From IMG/VR virus record IMGVR_UViG_3300037313_001456, positions 1 to 46,988 of that record: 46,988 nucleotides of DNA. One strand, 5' to 3'. A model generated the notes under the pieces. It did not search any database. It saw only the letters and a program-made list of their open reading frames with translations, and was not told the DNA's origin. This DNA is from a virus. Taxonomy: Duplodnaviria; Caudoviricetes. Positions within the stretch are counted from its first letter, which is position 1. Every line of letters starts with the position of its first letter. Shown piece by piece: positions 27,601 to 36,671 of this stretch. Both the position numbers and the translations under genes were made by a program.

Positions 27601-28065
27601 TTTACCGGTTCCTGTGCTCCGATCCGATCGCGCGGAGCCACTGGACTCATTAAGGAGAAAAGGAGGTTTCCGGCTGGCGGGATCAGATGCTTTAACAAGC
27701 AAATCCAGTTCACAAATGCAAAGGTAGTCCTGAACAATTCAGATACTCTTGGTCTCTGCACCGTCAATAAAGCCGCAAAAACAGCTACGATATCTGCTGG
27801 AATCTGGCCGTCGGATCTTGCCGATCAGGTGATCACTTTTGAGAATGACGGCTATGTCCAAGAGTTCGCCATTTCTTCACAGACGTCGACGGTTTTGACA
27901 CTATCCGATCCTGGTTCACTTCTGCCGGCGTCAGGAAGTTACAAATGGGAGCTTAAGGGCTATCCAAAAGATGAACAATTCGAGCTCGATAGCTTCGCAT
28001 TGGACGCGCTGATCATGTCACCGACCGCGCAAACCGCAGAGGGCGAGACAGGAGCAAATGAGTGA
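24667..28065 (+). CDS. Tail nozzle/DNA stabilization protein (P22 gp10/T7 gp12-like) with large insertions
   Basis: FTGG.ND...AENV...RPGS start, beta-propeller-like core, FDWG...RKW C-terminal region. Confidence 0.75.
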   Translation: MAQDAPPLEIKEFTGGPNDDYLSGLPNEYQKAENVLLNREGKPYSRPGSVLLDLANPQLPSGSHRVNKLVNYAKDQALLAISGAKAYSWANPGWTEISSPAGSSLMTGTENGNISTSEYKKQVFVASDEHLTPVKIYKDSGGTFRSVSAGLPTPANNANFVEATETANAIALANDIRTKLLAHFADVAIHTAADTVSQALITSSAATDLATLLTLTGQLLIAYDSHYRDSAPILAGATSASVTKYHAPYISTITSDEINPKIFPYSPALTTKNAPTTLQEAASRLNDLRKNLNFHDGDVDVHTSGGSVGAHLVTASRMQSLTYGPSIVPDYQPLYDLANQIKQQYLAHRASGMTSYTGITRTNGSPTLTGFGSTAAVNVGYYVFGTGLSSPAKVISKTGTTVTLDTNLSSSGTGTFGIGSGSEAHAYPDINASTNVTSPNATSLDSLRTLLLDLRIAYASHANQNYASVEHFQNTFPSNEDLADAVYLAGAHVTTPILLPDFFSGFNSDMISGMIAALNELKTKFDAHDADVTLHYADPLITSKQAFQVRGPSLSLSSYNWAFIYSHTYTTIDGITFKTVSAPILKAVSDASLTNTPDADQGKILSIGQAYPTITGIPALANSGSTNYDVSNIKVEIYRTTENGSTYYKTGEVNNGVTTFTDRTMDSDLAQQEELYTTGGVVDSDPAPPSKFVHVTGSKGLWANTIENGIAYPQRIRESLEGAIDSCPGSAFIDLPNECVGVCSNNGVRIAWTKTATYRIEGTFDLLGRGSMSYIEISNSVGLSGPYSPVQTDKGVVFAGTDGWYVTDGYKVSPISKKWLSSYLNLVSTSTKAARLQGTLDYNTNRVWWGATVSGIDNDAAYILDMNHGLKDNAVFTTVKNGTSFVPTSLVFFNGQIIRGDSRGYVFKHDAQYLTDPKVDTLVTPSNWVGKTIIYDLITSAFDWGTVKYRKWVNLIVAKFKNHGNLSCQINGINDDGAFTGSCAPIRSRGATGLIKEKRRFPAGGIRCFNKQIQFTNAKVVLNNSDTLGLCTVNKAAKTATISAGIWPSDLADQVITFENDGYVQEFAISSQTSTVLTLSDPGSLLPASGSYKWELKGYPKDEQFELDSFALDALIMSPTAQTAEGETGANE

Positions 28066-28397
28066 ATATCCCACAACTCGCGATCTCAGAAATAACTGAC
28101 GAGTACATCAGGAAAAACTTCGAATCGATCCGCGATTTCTTGCCTTCTGGCACACCATTTCGGGACTTCAAGCTCTTCGAACTCACCTTTACAAAGACTG
28201 AAAATAACTTTAAATTTAAGCATAACCTGGGTTTCCTTCCGAAAGACATTTTTCTCACCCGTCAGGAAGGCTCAGGATCTGTAGTCTTCAACTACCCGCT
28301 CGCCACGGCGGAATCCATTGACATGACGATTTCGGGGACTGTCACGCCAGACAACCCCTACAAGATCAGGTTCTTTGCTGGAACTTACTCTTCGTAA
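28062..28397 (+). CDS. Putative virion protein
   Basis: IRKNFESI helix and FKHNLGFLP motif typical of fibre-associated small proteins. Confidence 0.65.
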   Translation: MNIPQLAISEITDEYIRKNFESIRDFLPSGTPFRDFKLFELTFTKTENNFKFKHNLGFLPKDIFLTRQEGSGSVVFNYPLATAESIDMTISGTVTPDNPYKIRFFAGTYSS

Positions 28398-28426
28398 GGC
28401 TTCGCAAAGAACTCCTCGGAGGCGTG

Positions 28427-29164
28427 ATGAAGGTTTGGCTCTTTAGCGAGCTACGCGATGAATCGTTGCAGGAGATCGATATGACCAACGAGTCATTTGT
28501 ATCTTCTGACGAAATCGTTGGATATTTCAATGACGCAATCCATGAAGCCGAATCAGAAATCTTAAAGTTGCATGAAGATTACATGCTGACCAAGGGCTGG
28601 ATCACCCTAGTACAAGGTCAGAGCGATTATTCACTTCCATCCAACATCTACGCCGCAAAAATCAGAAAAGCGATCTACATTAATGGCTCTCTGGTCTACC
28701 CAGTGGAGCGAGTTCGAGATCCCGACAAATTCTTTTCGATTGAGTTGACAAATTCTTTCGCGCCCTCTGATGAGTACCGATATTTCATTTACAATCCAGA
28801 CGTCGATACAGGATTTCAGCTCTCGCTGGCCCCTGCCGCTCGCGAAAGCGGAAACTATCTGAAGCTTTGGTATATTCGGAGCGCCAAACGCATCCCAAAG
28901 ATTGGGGAAGTCGTTAACGCAGTGACCACAACTCAGACCATTCAAGACAATACCAAGGTCGATATCCCTGAGTTCGCGATGTTCTTGAAGGAGGTTTTCA
29001 AGGGCAAGTGCCGTGCAAAAGACAACGGCGGAGTCATCCCTCCTGATGCTGTAGCACTTATCGAGCAGCAGCGGAAAATGATGATCGACACTTTAACCCA
29101 AATGGCTCCTGACAACGAGGACACGATCCCAGGCGATATGTCCCACTACTACGAGCACGAGTGA
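28427..29164 (+). CDS. Head-tail adaptor (T7 gp11/P22 gp4-like)
   Basis: SSDEIVGYFNDA, ITLVQGQSDYSLP, L.LAPA, LKLWY, DIPE. Confidence 0.8.
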   Translation: MKVWLFSELRDESLQEIDMTNESFVSSDEIVGYFNDAIHEAESEILKLHEDYMLTKGWITLVQGQSDYSLPSNIYAAKIRKAIYINGSLVYPVERVRDPDKFFSIELTNSFAPSDEYRYFIYNPDVDTGFQLSLAPAARESGNYLKLWYIRSAKRIPKIGEVVNAVTTTQTIQDNTKVDIPEFAMFLKEVFKGKCRAKDNGGVIPPDAVALIEQQRKMMIDTLTQMAPDNEDTIPGDMSHYYEHE

Positions 29165-29171
29165 GGTCGAA

Positions 29172-29906
29172 ATGGCAACTCCACAGCAAAATCCTTGGGT
29201 ATCAATCAATTATTCAAACTTAAAGAACCCATACCTAGCCAACAACGATGGATCTACCGACTACGATTTCCGTCTTTCTGAAGATCAGCCGTTCGCGCCA
29301 ACCTACCATCCGGTTTATGACCCATTATCGATGGGTCTCTATGATAAAGTCGCACCGGGTATCAACGCGATCAACCTCAACACGCGAGGTCTGGACGCTT
29401 ACAGGAACGAAGCACTCAGAACCAATCCATCTCGTTACGCTGAACTTGCGACGGAAAAAGAGAACTTAAACGAGACAGCTGCTCGTGACAGAGCTCGCGG
29501 AGAATCGGCTGCAAAGCAAGCCGACGCTGCTTCAGATCTCGCAATGCATGGTGGTCTCGATTCGGGAGCTCGTGAACGACTCGCTCGCGGGTCAAATAGT
29601 GACTTCCTAAATATGAGTCAAGAAATCGGCAAGCAAGCGGAGGGAAATCGTCAGCAAATTGCAATGAATGACGAGCAGAATCGCATCTCTCAGCTTGGAG
29701 CCCTTCCGGGCATGGAAGCTCAATCGCTTCAACCTGAGTTCCAAAAGCAACAAATGCTCGGCCAGGCAAATCAGTTCGATATCGGAAATGCGATTAACGA
29801 AGGGAACAATAAGAATGCATTCACCCTTGGCAGGTATCACGAAGCGATGTCTGCTTGGGGTGCCAACAAGCAAGCTCAAGCAACAGCAAACTCGGGGAAG
29901 AAATGA
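29172..29906 (+). CDS. Internal virion/ejection protein
   Basis: A/Q/N-rich helical protein; LAMHGGLDSG motif; position after the adaptor. Confidence 0.65.
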   Translation: MATPQQNPWVSINYSNLKNPYLANNDGSTDYDFRLSEDQPFAPTYHPVYDPLSMGLYDKVAPGINAINLNTRGLDAYRNEALRTNPSRYAELATEKENLNETAARDRARGESAAKQADAASDLAMHGGLDSGARERLARGSNSDFLNMSQEIGKQAEGNRQQIAMNDEQNRISQLGALPGMEAQSLQPEFQKQQMLGQANQFDIGNAINEGNNKNAFTLGRYHEAMSAWGANKQAQATANSGKK

Positions 29907-30328
29907 AGATCAACCTTCTTACCCCTGACAGCTGGGCCTTACTCTCTGAGAATGCACATAAAATCGCTTTCGGCGAAATTAAGCCAGCTTCGATGGACCG
30001 GATTGATGGAGCTCTTATTGCCGAGGATGCGTTCGGAATTCCGATGGGATATCTCACTTTCCGTGAAAGCGATTCCGAAACCGTTTACTGGCAGTTTGGC
30101 GGCGCTATGCCTGGCACGAAAGACACCATTAAATCCTTCAAAGCATATCAGGGCTTTGTGAAGTTTTTCGAGGAGCAAACGAAACATAAGCGGATCACGA
30201 CTTTGATCGAGAACACCAACACAGTCATGCTTAAAATGGCAATGAAAGTCGGATTCAGAATCGTGGGAATTCGCAATTACAAGGGCTCAGTTCTGCTTGA
30301 GCACCTTCTTGAGTTCGGAGGAGCATAA
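29903..30328 (+). CDS. GNAT-fold acetyltransferase in the ejection module
   Basis: ITTLIENTNTVMLKMAMKVGFRIVG (GNAT motif B). Confidence 0.8.
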   Translation: MKINLLTPDSWALLSENAHKIAFGEIKPASMDRIDGALIAEDAFGIPMGYLTFRESDSETVYWQFGGAMPGTKDTIKSFKAYQGFVKFFEEQTKHKRITTLIENTNTVMLKMAMKVGFRIVGIRNYKGSVLLEHLLEFGGA

Positions 30329-30855
30329 TGGACCCGATTACACTTGGACTTCTCATTGGCGTGGGCGGAGGCCTATTAAAAAGCGAGCTTGTTGATCGCC
30401 CAAAGGAAGAGCGCCAGAGAGCTCTCGCCGCTGAAACGCAAAGGTACTCTCCATGGACGGGGCTTCAAGCGAATAAGGTGCAGGAGGCTGATCCGTTTGG
30501 ATCTGCAATGCAGTTTGGAACTACCGGAGCCATGATGGGATCTGGAATTCAAAATATGCAGAGCCAAAATAAGCTCATGGACAACATGTCCAAGTATTAC
30601 GGAAACGGCGGCGAAGGAAGCGTGAGCAATATGACTGCTTCGGCGGCTAGCGCGGACGACTCCCCCTCTCTCGGCGTCGATTATAAAGACCAGTTTAAGG
30701 TCGATCCCTCGATGTCTCAGTACGGCTCCTCTCAAAAGAGTCCGTGGTCGGTCACGTCTTCTTACAATACGAGTTCGACATATCCTGACATGTACAAGAA
30801 AAGAGAAGACGGCATGGGATACTATGGCATGTCGCCCTGGTCGGTTCGCGGATAA
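30328..30855 (+). CDS. Internal virion/ejection protein
   Basis: MDPITLGLLIGVGGGLL N-terminus typical of small ejection proteins. Confidence 0.7.
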   Translation: MDPITLGLLIGVGGGLLKSELVDRPKEERQRALAAETQRYSPWTGLQANKVQEADPFGSAMQFGTTGAMMGSGIQNMQSQNKLMDNMSKYYGNGGEGSVSNMTASAASADDSPSLGVDYKDQFKVDPSMSQYGSSQKSPWSVTSSYNTSSTYPDMYKKREDGMGYYGMSPWSVRG

Positions 30856-30864
30856 GGAGATCAA

Positions 30865-32160
30865 ATGGCCCCACTACGAAATCCGTGGTCTCTCATTCCC
30901 GGTTTAGGAAACGCCCAATTTACTTATCAGCAACCTGGCCCTGTCGATATTCCGGCAGCTTCTGAGGCAGGCCCTCCGATGATCAGCCGTGCGCCTGCTG
31001 GTGATTTTGTTGGACCCCCCAGCCCCTTTCCGAAGGCCTTTGTCGGGCCACCCAGTCCATTTGCAAAGGCTCAAGCACCCACGACTGCAGAGGACTCTGA
31101 TATCGACCCAAGGCTTGCTGGAATTACTGGTAAAGGCAAAGGCGAAAAACTCGCACAGACGCTGGACACCAATTCCAAAGACCTGACGTCGAATCGAACG
31201 GCGGTGGATCGCTCAGAGTTCCAGAAGGCTTATGATGCCATTACCGGGATGCCCGAATACCAAGATCAACAGAAAACAATCGATGATCTTTCGGAAAAAG
31301 CGAGACAATCGCTTGGAGCGCCCGACACGAATCAGGCTTGGCTTAAACCCTTGATCGCCTTGACGGACTCAGTAACCGGTTCGGATCTCATGAAGGGCTA
31401 CACTCCAGGCATGACTCCTTACCAAAGAAATCAGCTCCTGCTGAAGTATGCGGATGAGCTTGCCAAGCGCAAGGAGGATCTAACGAAGGAAGCCCGTCAG
31501 GGCGCAGTCGGCCTGCTGAGCGGAACACAGCTACAGCAAATGATTGAAGCCAACAAGCTGACTCAGCAAGCTGCTACGACTGGAGGCTTTGCTCCAACGG
31601 GACAGTTCATGCGTCAAACAGAGCGTGAGGGACGCCATCTCGTTCAAGAGGGTGAAATCCTAAACAACGTGATTAAACTCTTGAGCCAAGGAAACCCATC
31701 CGCCAATCCAACGATCAAGACTGCTCTTGCGCGTTACATCGAAGGAACAGTCAGGCCACAGCTCGCTGTCATTGGGCAGGAGGGCGGCGATCCATCCATA
31801 GTTCAGGGAATTCTAAATCGTGTCGAGACTCTATCCTCAGGTCACCTAACAGACGAGCAAGTCGGCCAATACAAAAAAGAGCTTCAGGCCTTCTTGCAGT
31901 CGCATAACGATAACGTATCCGCATTCGAGAGACGGGCACGCGTCATGAATAGCCAGCTGCCAAGCCCTCTCGCAGAAAGCGACTTTCAATCGGCCCTCTC
32001 CCCTTACACCCATCCACATGGAAATCAGAATGCGGTGCTTAACGTTCTTCCGGATGCGAAAAACATTCACCCACCGAGAAAAACAAAGTCGAGCAGTCTA
32101 TCGCTTCCTTCGTTGGATGAAATCGACGCCGAACTCGCTAGGCGAAAGGGTGGTAAATAA
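30865..32160 (+). CDS. Internal virion/ejection protein
   Basis: Helical; tandem FVGPPSPF(P/A)KA repeat; ends EIDAELARRKGGK. Confidence 0.65.
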   Translation: MAPLRNPWSLIPGLGNAQFTYQQPGPVDIPAASEAGPPMISRAPAGDFVGPPSPFPKAFVGPPSPFAKAQAPTTAEDSDIDPRLAGITGKGKGEKLAQTLDTNSKDLTSNRTAVDRSEFQKAYDAITGMPEYQDQQKTIDDLSEKARQSLGAPDTNQAWLKPLIALTDSVTGSDLMKGYTPGMTPYQRNQLLLKYADELAKRKEDLTKEARQGAVGLLSGTQLQQMIEANKLTQQAATTGGFAPTGQFMRQTEREGRHLVQEGEILNNVIKLLSQGNPSANPTIKTALARYIEGTVRPQLAVIGQEGGDPSIVQGILNRVETLSSGHLTDEQVGQYKKELQAFLQSHNDNVSAFERRARVMNSQLPSPLAESDFQSALSPYTHPHGNQNAVLNVLPDAKNIHPPRKTKSSSLSLPSLDEIDAELARRKGGK

Positions 32161-33743
32161 TGGATCTATCAAGATTCTCAGACGAAGATTTACGTGCTCT
32201 CAGGGCCAGGGATCTCTCAAAAATGTCTGTTGCCGGCCTGACCGAGCTCAAAGAACAGAGGATGCGTGTCATCGACCCTCCTGAAGAGAACCACGGTCCG
32301 CTCGATACCGTTGGAGAAATGGGACTCCGGGCTCTTGATTATCCATCTGGGTACCTGAGAACTGCCGCGGCCGCAGCTCAGGGCCTGATCAAGGCGGGAA
32401 CCACCGGAGACAGTGGCGGAATCCCTACAACCCAAGATTGGATGTCTGCCGTCAAAGGTCAGGCACCTCCGATGTCCGAATATAATAAGCGGCTCGGCAT
32501 CCCTGAAGGTGGAAGCCTTTCAGATCTCATCCCCGGTGCCTACGCGCCAAAAGGTACACCTGGGCTTACGCCTACCAAGGGTGGACTTCTTGACCCGACA
32601 GCTCGCGGAGCTCTGTCGACCGCAGAAGACATGATTCTCAGCCCTGCCGTGCTAGCTGGCATGGGAAAGAAGGTGCTATCGACACCAGTCCAGACCGCAG
32701 CCGAAATGCGTGCGGCAGAGGCCGCCGCAAGACAAGCGCAAATGGCCAAGCTTGCGAGAAACCCGATTGAATCAACACTTGCGAAGGCCGGCGCTGCAGC
32801 TCAATCCATCATGATGGGAACACCAATCAGTGATGCAGCAGAATCATCTGGAGCAGCGATTTATCGAAATCCGTTTCGAAAAGCAGATCTTGCAGCTCTT
32901 GACGCCGGAAAAGGCCCCAGGGCAGTCAGCCAGCTTGCCATGGATAATGGCATCTGGGGTGGCTCTCAAGAAGCTCTTGAAGCTCAGCTGCGACAGCTGA
33001 TGAAAGAGAAAGGTGCTGCGGCAGGAGCCATTGAAGACGCGAATCGAACGAAAGCGGTCATCCCTACTGCGAAGGTCGTCACGCCTGCAATGAACTCCGC
33101 ATTTGAAGATGCTTTCGCAGTCTCTCCACAGCGAGCGGCCATGGGTCAGAAGATCTTTAATGAGCTTGGAGAACTCGCGGTCGACAGGCCAAACATTGAG
33201 CTTGATGACCTCATTCAATATAAGCGCGATCAACAGAGATTGGCTGATGCGATGAAGCAATACGACAATCCTGGCGTGACTCCTGACCCGACTGGGAATG
33301 CGGCAATAGAAGGTCCGTTACGTCAGGAAAACGCATCTGCAGCAACGAGGGCCATCGAGGAAAGCTTTGACGCCGCAAACCCAGGAACAGGTGGCAAGTA
33401 TCATCGACTCAACTCTGAATACGGGACCGCTCGTGCCGGGCTTCCTGGGATGAATTCCAGCACGAAAAGCGAAATGCTCCAAAGCATCTTGCCAAACTCA
33501 ATGGACATTCCAGTCATGGGTGCGACAGCCTATGCCACGCACTCACCCGTAGACGTCGCTGCCGCTTATCTTGCGTCCAAAGCCGTTCAATCTCCGGCTG
33601 TACAGACAGGTGGAGGCTTACTCCTAAACCGCTTGGGACAGTCCGGAATTATCGACCCTACCGTTCGAGAAGCAGGGCTTCAGCGCTATAGAAAAGACCG
33701 CAAGTCGCCCTGGTCAATATCAAGCAAGGAGACCGACAAATGA
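32160..33743 (+). CDS. Large internal virion/DNA transfer protein
   Basis: MDLSRFSDEDLRAL start; A/G-rich helical protein; TAATG-coupled. Confidence 0.7.
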   Translation: MDLSRFSDEDLRALRARDLSKMSVAGLTELKEQRMRVIDPPEENHGPLDTVGEMGLRALDYPSGYLRTAAAAAQGLIKAGTTGDSGGIPTTQDWMSAVKGQAPPMSEYNKRLGIPEGGSLSDLIPGAYAPKGTPGLTPTKGGLLDPTARGALSTAEDMILSPAVLAGMGKKVLSTPVQTAAEMRAAEAAARQAQMAKLARNPIESTLAKAGAAAQSIMMGTPISDAAESSGAAIYRNPFRKADLAALDAGKGPRAVSQLAMDNGIWGGSQEALEAQLRQLMKEKGAAAGAIEDANRTKAVIPTAKVVTPAMNSAFEDAFAVSPQRAAMGQKIFNELGELAVDRPNIELDDLIQYKRDQQRLADAMKQYDNPGVTPDPTGNAAIEGPLRQENASAATRAIEESFDAANPGTGGKYHRLNSEYGTARAGLPGMNSSTKSEMLQSILPNSMDIPVMGATAYATHSPVDVAAAYLASKAVQSPAVQTGGGLLLNRLGQSGIIDPTVREAGLQRYRKDRKSPWSISSKETDK

Positions 33744-34015
33744 GAACGAAAATGTCCAACAAAGCCGATATTTCTGAAAACACGAAGCAAGGTGTCGATC
33801 CAGTGGAGCCAGATCAAGACGATATCCTAAACGATCACGAGGCTCGCGGGCATCTGAACACCATTCTTGAAGCTGAGATGATCAAGCAAGATCCGGTCAA
33901 GATGCAAAAGGTCCACAAGCTTGCTGGACGTCATATGAAGGCCATCACAAGCCTGAAAGACGTTAAGGACGTATATCAGGCGAAGTTTGGACCTAAGTCT
34001 AAGAAGACGGTATAG
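33740..34015 (+). CDS. Hypothetical protein, last late gene
   Basis: AAGGAG RBS; ATGA overlap. Confidence 0.7.
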   Translation: MRTKMSNKADISENTKQGVDPVEPDQDDILNDHEARGHLNTILEAEMIKQDPVKMQKVHKLAGRHMKAITSLKDVKDVYQAKFGPKSKKTV

Positions 34016-34427
34016 TCGGCGAGGGATCGCCCATTCCGGCTTCACCGCAGCCCTCACAGATATAGAGGTGCGACTCCGGATAAAATGTCAGCGGCGTCTG
34101 ACAGTCGCTGCAGCAATCCTTTCGGGGGCTTTCCGCGCCGGACTCCGGTGAGGTTTCCAAACAAATGTCCAGCACCTGCGGCTCATATTTCGCCTTAAGC
34201 GCATCAGCATCCGCCATCCAAGACTTTGCCGCTTTCTTCCACATGCGCTCACGCCATTTCGTGTCAGCGAGTTCTCTGCGTAGCCGTTCCACCTCTTTTT
34301 GCAAGTCCGGCTTCGGTGGACCTTGCCATCCGCAAGTAGAGCACCACTCCCTAAATCCACCGCCTAACTGCTGCTGCCAGTGTTTCGTTATGTGCCCACA
34401 TTCTTTATTCAGTTCGTGGGTCACCAT
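33999..34427 (-). CDS. Hypothetical protein with two Zn-ribbons and a coiled coil
   Basis: CGH...CSTC and CSDC...CEGC. Confidence 0.65.
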   Translation of the reverse strand: MVTHELNKECGHITKHWQQQLGGGFREWCSTCGWQGPPKPDLQKEVERLRRELADTKWRERMWKKAAKSWMADADALKAKYEPQVLDICLETSPESGAESPRKDCCSDCQTPLTFYPESHLYICEGCGEAGMGDPSPTIPSS

Positions 34428-34903
34428 TGATAAGTCTCCGCATCGAGATAGACTTGGCAGTGTCTCCGAAGCCAGCCATCGTCTTTAGGTGCTTGTATTT
34501 CTCGGTGGGTCGCTCTAATGAAGCCGCGCCAGCAAAACTCCGATGCAGCAATGCCACGATGTTCATCTAGCTGAGTGAACCTGTGCCATCGCTCGGGCAG
34601 AACAAATCCATGCTTAAACTGAGTGAGTGGTGCTCCGCTGACCCACAGATACATCGGAAGCTCTGGCTTGATTAAATCAAACCGCTGCACGCCATTTACG
34701 CGTGGAACACTATCAGTATGCCAATTCGGAATGCATGGATACTGCTGAGGCATGAGCATGTGAACTTTCACGTCAAATGTAAACTTAGACGCGTCATCCG
34801 GAAAAGTCTCTAAGATTTCCCCCAAGTCCGGCATCAATTCCAACACTTTTTCAATTGGCGCTTGGTGAACGCCGCAATGTTGTTTGCTCCAATCTACTTT
34901 CAT
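34421..34903 (-). CDS. 2OG-Fe(II) dioxygenase-like protein
   Basis: PCIPNWHTD (HxD), distal EHRG and WRGFIR pattern of DSBH oxygenases. Confidence 0.6.
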   Translation of the reverse strand: MKVDWSKQHCGVHQAPIEKVLELMPDLGEILETFPDDASKFTFDVKVHMLMPQQYPCIPNWHTDSVPRVNGVQRFDLIKPELPMYLWVSGAPLTQFKHGFVLPERWHRFTQLDEHRGIAASEFCWRGFIRATHREIQAPKDDGWLRRHCQVYLDAETYQW

Positions 34904-34904
34904 C

Positions 34905-35138
34905 TTACTCCTTCCCCTCATCGGAGCGGGGTTGCTCCAAACTCTTAGCGACTTCCTTCATGCTGTCACCAATCCGTTTCATTCGTTTGATGTCGCAGTC
35001 TGGACAGTAATTATTCCCGCCCCAGCGATAGAATAAAAACTCATCCCCACAAAGACGACAGAGCTTAGGGGTTTTATAACGAACTATCTGAACCTCAGGT
35101 AAACCGAAGTCCGCTGGCTTTAGTGACTCACTCATCAC
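34905..35138 (-). CDS. Small Zn-finger protein
   Basis: CRLCG...YCPDC. Confidence 0.65.
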   Translation of the reverse strand: MMSESLKPADFGLPEVQIVRYKTPKLCRLCGDEFLFYRWGGNNYCPDCDIKRMKRIGDSMKEVAKSLEQPRSDEGKE

Positions 35139-35521
35139 CCATTCCCCTCATCCAGTTTTGCGGCGCTCTGTAGGGCTTGGTTGATTTTACTCAAAAGACT
35201 ATGCCCTCTCACCGAGGCAACTCGCAGGTCTTCGTGAGCGAAAGAGTTTGGGACGGTGGAAATACCCTCATCGCATCCCTGCTTTGTTCTATCTATTGCT
35301 TTCAAAATCCAAACCCTTAGCTCGGCGTATGCGATTTCAAGCACCTCAACAAGCCTCGCATTTCGTTCGCGCTCATCCTGAAAACAAGCGCATGCGTCGT
35401 CCAACGCCTCATTGCGAATCTCCCGCGCGAAGGCCTCAATTAAGTCTATGTCCTTGTCGGGCGAATACTTTCCTAGAGAGCGGAACAGCTTCTCGCACCT
35501 CTCTCGAATCGCTTGGGTCAT
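35135..35521 (-). CDS. Hypothetical protein
   Basis: AREIRNEALDDA motif; ATGA-coupled. Confidence 0.7.
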   Translation of the reverse strand: MTQAIRERCEKLFRSLGKYSPDKDIDLIEAFAREIRNEALDDACACFQDERERNARLVEVLEIAYAELRVWILKAIDRTKQGCDEGISTVPNSFAHEDLRVASVRGHSLLSKINQALQSAAKLDEGNG

Positions 35522-35712
35522 GATTTCCTCTGCTTCGCTATGTGAGAGTCATAAACGTCGTATCTTTTCAGCAGATGATAAAAATTACTCCGCTCCAAAC
35601 CAGCGATACGGGCCGCCTCGGACATGTTGAACTGGCAGTATTTAAGAAGTCGGATTAAGTACCGAGCTGTAAGCCGTCTCAACACTCTGTCTTTGAATTC
35701 TGCGTAGGTCAT
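35518..35712 (-). CDS. Stand-alone Fis-type HTH (HTH_8) protein
   Basis: YLIRLLKYCQFNMSEAARIAGLERSNFYHLLKRY. Confidence 0.85.
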   Translation of the reverse strand: MTYAEFKDRVLRRLTARYLIRLLKYCQFNMSEAARIAGLERSNFYHLLKRYDVYDSHIAKQRKS

Positions 35713-35714
35713 TC

Positions 35715-36047
35715 TTATCTCTCTTCTCGCGTTTTGGCATCATGGCACTTTTTGCATAAACACTGTAGATGCTCCGATGAAACGAACATCCGCTGAATGT
35801 ATTCTGGGCCTCCAACTTCACCAACTGGATCGATATGATCAACAAACACCTTTGGAACAGGTTTTCCTCTATTTGGACACTCTGGGTTTTCGCAATAATC
35901 AAAACCGTCTTGGCCACGGGCACGCTTCTTTGCGAGTTTCCAGGGATGAGACCACTGCCACACCTGTCTGACAGCACGATGGATACGCTTAAGATCTTCG
36001 GAATTAATACCGTCAATCTTCTCGACTTTGGCTGCTCGTTTTTTCAT
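35715..36047 (-). CDS. HNH endonuclease-like protein
   Basis: CENPEC...VDHIDPV...LQCLCKKCHDAKT. Confidence 0.85.
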   Translation of the reverse strand: MKKRAAKVEKIDGINSEDLKRIHRAVRQVWQWSHPWKLAKKRARGQDGFDYCENPECPNRGKPVPKVFVDHIDPVGEVGGPEYIQRMFVSSEHLQCLCKKCHDAKTREER

Positions 36048-36364
36048 GCCGAATCCTTTTCGATTAATCCGAGTTCAAAACAGAGATGCTTCCCAAATTC
36101 CGCAGCGGATAGACGGCGCTTGCTGACAAGGTCATCGAGCTGACGGGCGGCTCTCATGATGTCGTCCGACGTAACTTCAAGCTTGAGGAGTTCGGGTTCC
36201 CAGTCCGTTGCAACCAGCATTTCGGCATCGATCATGGCCTCTGCTGCACGATCAATGTAGCCGCCAATGATCTTAATTTCTTTTCCTTCAAGCCAATACC
36301 AGACGTCCGGAATGCTCTTTCGTCTAAACTTTCTGCCTGTCCGTGCTGCTTCCGATAGCGTCAC
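36044..36364 (-). CDS. Hypothetical protein
   Basis: TLSEAA..G.KFRRK...MLVATDWE; likely GTG start at 36364. Confidence 0.65.
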   Translation of the reverse strand: MTLSEAARTGRKFRRKSIPDVWYWLEGKEIKIIGGYIDRAAEAMIDAEMLVATDWEPELLKLEVTSDDIMRAARQLDDLVSKRRLSAAEFGKHLCFELGLIEKDSA

Positions 36365-36671
36365 AATTCCCTCGTTCCAGCTCTGGGTGTCTGAGGCGAT
36401 AGCCCGCAAAGTACCAACCCAGCGATTCCAAATACTCTCTGATATGTGGGTATTTCTGACAAAACATCAGTGCCGCCGAATCTTCCCACTCTCGATGGCA
36501 CTGAGGGCACATTGGCGTGCAATTGAACCAATGATCATCCCCGCCACTCCCACGGGTCTTGATGTGGCTCACGGTACTCGGTGGAGGCGCACAACAGACC
36601 ACACATGGGAGTTGCCGAATAGCATCCTGTAGATCTTTATCTACGATTCTTTTCGGCTTCGGGAATTCCAT
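36324..36671 (-). CDS. HNH-like nuclease (DUF968/Nin-region type)
   Basis: IRQLPCVVC...SHIKTRGSGGDD..NCTPMCPQCH. Confidence 0.8.
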   Translation of the reverse strand: MEFPKPKRIVDKDLQDAIRQLPCVVCCAPPPSTVSHIKTRGSGGDDHWFNCTPMCPQCHREWEDSAALMFCQKYPHIREYLESLGWYFAGYRLRHPELERGNCDAIGSSTDRQKV

